A stretch of DNA of 64,000 nucleotides, from the NCBI RefSeq assembly GCF_009914755.1, contig NC_060940.1; one strand, written 5' to 3'. Both the position numbers and the translations under genes were made by a program. Shown piece after piece: positions 57,237 to 64,000 of the stretch (the stretch's first letter is position 1; each line of letters starts with the position of its first letter). Below the pieces are notes generated by a model. That model did not search any database, was not told the origin of the DNA, and saw only the letters and a list, made by a program, of their open reading frames with translations. This DNA is from the human T2T-CHM13v2.0 reference genome, Homo sapiens.

Positions 57237-59373
57237 TGCCAAGTGCAGTGTTATTTTCAGAGCTTTCCAGCCTGGCCCTAGGAACAGAAAACCACAGTGC
57301 CATTTGCACTGGTGGACAGTGTCTCAAGTTGTCCACCAACATACCCCCAAAGCTAGAGGACACAGCATGCGGACCCCCCTGGGATCCAGGGGCAGAGTTT
57401 AAAGCTTAAGAATTTTAGGTTAAGCTGAATGTGAATGTTGCATTCTGCTCCACATCTTTTCCTCTAAAAATACGGCTTCAAATAGCCACTTAAATTGCTT
57501 TTCTTCAGAAAGTCTGATGCTTCCAGAAGGTGAACCACACCACAGCAGGGTGCAGTCAGGACCCAGTACCACTCTAAGAAGCAGGGCTGAAGAGGTTCCT
57601 TAGAGCTGTGCTGACAGATGACAGGTGGCAGGGAGTCCTATTGGCTGAGCCCCGGCAAAGGGGCAAGAGAATGACTCCCACCGGCTGACCCAGCCTTGAA
57701 TTCAAGGGCCCTGTCGAAGCCCACGGAGACCCCTGTCCTGGCTAACAGTTGACTCCAGGTCGCTCCAGCCTGCAGGGAGAGCAGGACAGCAGTCTGCAAT
57801 TCCAACCAAGTGATGCCAGGACCTAATCTGCAGACCTGAATCCAGTACATAGACTGTTACAATGTTGCTGCATCCCTGAACCGCCTGGGTTTCTATCGAT
57901 TTCATAGTGATAAAATCAACTTCTGCGGGGCGTAGAGGCACGAGCCTATAATCCCTGAGGCTGAAGCAGGATTGCTTGAGCCCAGGTGTCTGACACCAAC
58001 CTGGGCAACATGTTCAACCTGAGACACTCAGATCAAAAATAAATTTTAAAAAAAATTGTTTAATCAACTCCTCCAATTTCTTTATAAAGGAAAGTTGATA
58101 TCATTACCTTATACAGAAAATCAGTGTCCATATATAAAAGAGAGCTATACAAGAAATAAAAACAAAATGTATTCCATTCTGGGTAGATATACTTATCAAA
58201 GGTGAGAAGAGAGGTTAGAAAGGGTTCAGGAGAGGTTAAAGTCGTGCTCTCACCATGTGGAGACTTCCTGCCTGATGGGGTCAGATGTGCTCCAGGGACA
58301 CTGACACTGCAGAGGGAGAGCTCTACGCATTTGCGATTCTGCCTTATCTAATCAATCCTCTCCTGTACCCGACAGACCCCTCCCTCCCCCAGGAGTGCTG
58401 AGCCCGGGCCTTGGGAGGTTTGGGGGTTGGGGGGGCTCTTGCTTTAAGGCTTTGGCTCCATATTCTGTGGAAAGCACCCCTCAACCACTGCCCCCATATC
58501 TACAGAGAACTACTGTGAAGACAAGAGGCTGGGAGATGAATGGGGGCAGTGGGACCCCGTGGCACACTGGCAATCCCTGGTCACCCCTGCTCGGAACCCA
58601 CCAAAGATGGCCTGAGCATTGGCGTAAAATACTCCTTTCTGAGGAGGTGGCGTCCAAGCAGACACCTGAAAGATGGGAAGCAACAGCCCAGCTTGGGGAA
58701 AGGACAATTCAGGTAACAGCCCGGAGCCCAGGGTGTCTGAGACAGAGTGGGCAAGGGGGACAGTGAAAGGTGACCACTGGGTCAGGTGCGGTGGCCGTCG
58801 GCTGTAATCCAGCACTTTGGGAGGCTGAGAGGAGAATCGCTTGAGCCCAGGAGTTAGAGACCAGCCTGGGCAATAGAGTGAGACCCCCAGAGAAGGAATG
58901 AGGGCAGGGCTCCAAGGCTAAGGCCGTGCTACCCAGGCCTGGCTGTCTATTAAAACCACTTGGAAATACCCCAAAGCTCAGGCGCCACCCCAGACAGTCT
59001 GATTTAATAGGGCCCCAGCATGTTTTAAAACCTTTACTTTTTTATAGCACGTTACAATTTGCTATCACTTTGTTTTCCTGCTTCATGTCTAAATGCACAC
59101 GTGCACACGTGTGTGTGCGCACACACACACAATGAATACAAGTAAAACCCGGGACATCTGAATGCAGTCAGTGAACCAGATGACTGTCAGTCTCCTGGTT
59201 GTGATATTGTACTATGATAGTTTTTCAAGATGTGACTATTGAGGGGAACTGGGTTGAGAGTACAGGACATCTCTGTATTGTTCCTTATAACCACATGTGA
59301 ATCTGCAATTATCCCAACACTGTGAACAAAGCTCTTATGTAGTAATGATCATCAAATGATATTTTTGATATAG

Positions 59374-60944
<1,571 letters not shown>

Positions 60945-61595
60945 AGTTTTCCTTTAAATAAATACATTTCTGTTGTATTTTAGAAGAGGGCTAAATTGAA
61001 AGAAGCTGTTAGGTAAATAACAGTTGAGGCAACGTGCAGAAACGGCAAAGTTGTGAGTGTCCGAGGTCAGGGAGCATAACAGAGGACGAGATCTTTTCAC
61101 GTGCTTTTCTTTGCCCTCGGAAGTTGCTACTGGTTATTGGTTAATGTGGTCTTTGGAGTTAGACCAACCTGTTGTCATGGAATGTCTGGCTGTAAGGAGT
61201 CCAGGGCTGGTATCCTCGCTCTACTTAAGGACCCAAGACGCCTTCCATCATTGCAACACTGTCTTCATCTGCAGAGGCACAGATATCTCACTTCCACAGT
61301 CACATCCCAGCCAGTGGAGAAAGAGAGGGATGGGGAGAGCATGCTCCTCCCCACTAAGGGCATGACCCCCAGCTATGCTCACATGCCATTGGGCAGAAGA
61401 AAATCACATGAGCAGGAAGGCTGCAACTCATAGTCTTTATTCTGAATGTCTTGTCCCCAGCTTAGATGTGACACTTCTGCTATTGGGGAAGAAGGAGAGA
61501 CTGGATATTGGGGAACAACTAGTAGTGCTGGTTCTAAGAAGGGAACAGTTAAATAAACTATACTTCATCCGGAAGCCGGAATGTTTAGCCACTAA

Positions 61596-61802
<207 letters not shown>

Positions 61803-62402
61803 TGAACGGTCAAACCTAACTGGATGCCAGGAAGCAAGGAGAGCCGGGTGATATCACCTGAAACCCACAGCAATCAGCTTCATGGAGCACCGAGCACAGT
61901 CAGGAGGGGTAGAAAAGGGATCCAAGGTGGGTGACGTGCTTGAAGAGCGAACATTAACCAACCCCTCTAGGAGGGTGTGGAGCAGGAACTGGAAGGGTCT
62001 GGGCCTTGAGGCTAGCTGGGAAACTAATTTGGAAGTTGAGACAAGAATTTATAAAAGCCGGAATCAGGGCTGTAGCATAGAGATGCGAGGAAGAGCTAAA
62101 TGCATGAAGAGCCAATGAGATGGATGCTAGGGTCTGTGGAGAGTGAAGGAGAGGAGTCTAGGACAATCTCACGTTTCTGACTTGGTGAACCACTACTAGC
62201 TAAGGGAGAGGACCCTGGAGGATAAGAGTGGGTTTCCTGGTGCAGGGAGTGGCAGGTGGGTGTGCAATATGATGTATCAAGGAGCCTGGGAAACAGCCCA
62301 GTGGAGCTGTCCAGTTGACAGCTGCTTTTAAGTGGTGAGGACACTATATTTTTTCACCACTGTATCCTTAGCACCTAGCTCAGAGCACTGAAAATATTTG
62401 TT

Positions 62403-62725
62403 GGATGCATGGATGAATGGATGGATGGACAGACAGATGAACAGACGGATGGACAGATGGACGGATGGATGGATGGATGGTTGGACAGATGGATGGACGG
62501 ATGGATGGATGGACAGATGCAGGGATGGATGGATGGATGGATGGATGGATGGATGGATGGATGCATGGATGGATGGATGGATGGATGGATGGACGGATGC
62601 ATGGATGGACGGATGCATGGATGGATGGATGGATGAATGGATAGATGGCTGGATGGTTGGATGGATGCATGGATTGACGGATGGATGGATAAATGGATGG
62701 ATGGATAAATGGATGGATAGATGCA
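62403..62725. repeat. (TGGA)n tetranucleotide repeat, about 320 bp, at the tail of an L2 relic
   Basis: Imperfect GGAT array preceded by caccactgtatccttagcacctagc...aatatttgttg. Confidence 0.93.
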
Positions 62726-63134
62726 TGTTTAAGGAAGAAACCAATAATAGAGATATCAATTTGGGGTTTGTAAATCACAGGTGATGGCTGAGGCATGGAA
62801 ATGGGTAAGCATGTAGAATGAGGGCTCAGGAAATATCATAATTTGAGAAGAAGAAAGGAGACTAGAGATCTGAGCAGGAAGAGTCAAAGATTCAAAGAGG
62901 CATTGATGAGGTGAGGGTTGGGCATGGACAACATGAGAGAGTGGAGTCTCAGATCTGGGGAGAGGGGAAATTTCAGGGAAGGAGAAAGCCATGGTCTGAA
63001 ATGCTGCCTGTCAAGAAATCTATGGGGAAAGCCATGCATGGTTCTGTGACAGTGGAGATCATTTTTGGGGTAGAGGCAGACGCCAGGTCCCAGTGGGGTG
63101 AGGGGTTAATGGATAATGGAGATGAAGGTGGTGG

Positions 63135-63545
63135 TGTAGATTGGATTTCCCAAGAATCACATTCTGAGGTGCAGATCTGAGTGGAGGTGGCTTATTGGAA
63201 AATATCCTCAGAGTACATTGATAAGGGAGGAAGGGAGGCAGGACAGGGCAGAGGGAGAAGTTGAGCTGCAGTGAGGTCGCAACAGAGGCCTCAGCCAACC
63301 TCTCAGGGAGCTGTGCAGCTGGGATGTCCCTCAAATATGCTCTGCACCCAAGGAAGGACAGGGACCACCCCACTGACCAAGCACTGGATTTAGGCTGTGG
63401 ATTTAGGGGAATTGTCCTTCCTCTGGCTAAGGACAATTCCTTTTGGGGAGACTCAGCTGGGAGCTGGCTGCCACACTCTCCCAGCAGTCAGGCAGTGAAT
63501 GCCTCCACCCTGCAAGGAGGTCGGGTGCGCCCCACAGGGAGTGGC
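63135..63545 (-). mobile_element. ERVL LTR (LTR16-like) solo relic
   Basis: gggcagagggagaagttgagctgcagtg...gcaacagaggcctcagcc, matching recalled consensus. Confidence 0.55.
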
Positions 63546-63934
63546 AAGTGTAAACTGTCAGGAACTGATCAGTGGAGGGAAAGAAGGGAAGCCAGTGCAG
63601 CAGCTAGAGGGAGACAGAGGTCAGAAAAGCCTTTGTGTGTAGCTCTAGTTCATAGTTTGAGAAACACTGCAGTGTGATCTTAGGCTGGGAGAAGAAGCCC
63701 CTAGAGAGTGAGAATGAAGACCCAAGAGTGAGGATAGACCTGCCACACTTTCTGTTTAACCCCCAGAGCTTAGAACACTGCCTGGCACACATTTGCACTT
63801 AAGAAATATCTGCGGAATGGCTGAATCCAGGAGTACATTCCAGACATTTTAACACTGAATAGCAGAAACAGAGTGCCGATATTTAGCTCCATGAAGAAAT
63901 ACATACGCATTTAAATATAGGAATGTACTTGAAG

Positions 63935-64000
63935 TTGGGCACAGTGGCTCACACCTGTAATTCCAGCACTTTCGGAGGTCAAGGCAGGAGGATTGCTTGA
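63935..64000 (+). mobile_element. 5' end of an Alu, truncated by the window edge
   Basis: gggcacagtggctcacacctgtaattccagcacttt. Confidence 0.85.

Noticed and set aside
62328-62796. ORFs rich in WMDG / HPSI, superficially like GW repeats
   Set aside because: Products of the (TGGA)n repeat; outside the gene and without splice support.

Overview
Mammalian (Alu-rich, most likely human) genomic DNA containing the 3' ~50 kb of TNRC6A (GW182), the Argonaute-binding scaffold of miRNA silencing, on the + strand. I delimited 21 GT-AG coding exons from 5878 to the stop codon at 52762-52764. They splice into one open frame; from the internal ATG at 18346 the frame is 5130 nt (1709 aa), the length of the short GW182 isoform. 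Exon numbers 5-25 are inferred from recalled gene structure. The encoded regions are an interrupted polyQ/P tract, the GW/WG Ago-binding region, a 33-nt exon carrying a basic NLS, a degenerate UBA-like segment, the Q-rich region and the silencing domain (CIM-1, PAM2, P-GL, RRM, LWG). A ~2.4-kb 3'UTR with two or three poly(A) signals and many miRNA seed matches follows. Introns and the last 9 kb hold more than 30 Alu/FLAM copies, MIR/L2/L1 relics, MER2, MER58A, Tigger, an antisense two-LTR ERVL remnant and simple repeats. The most interesting candidate is a frame-neutral NLS mini-exon whose purine-rich body and 5' splice site fold into a hairpin with the downstream intron, which may act as a structure-controlled nuclear/cytoplasmic switch. 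Repeat subfamily names come from recalled consensus sequences and have not been verified by a search.
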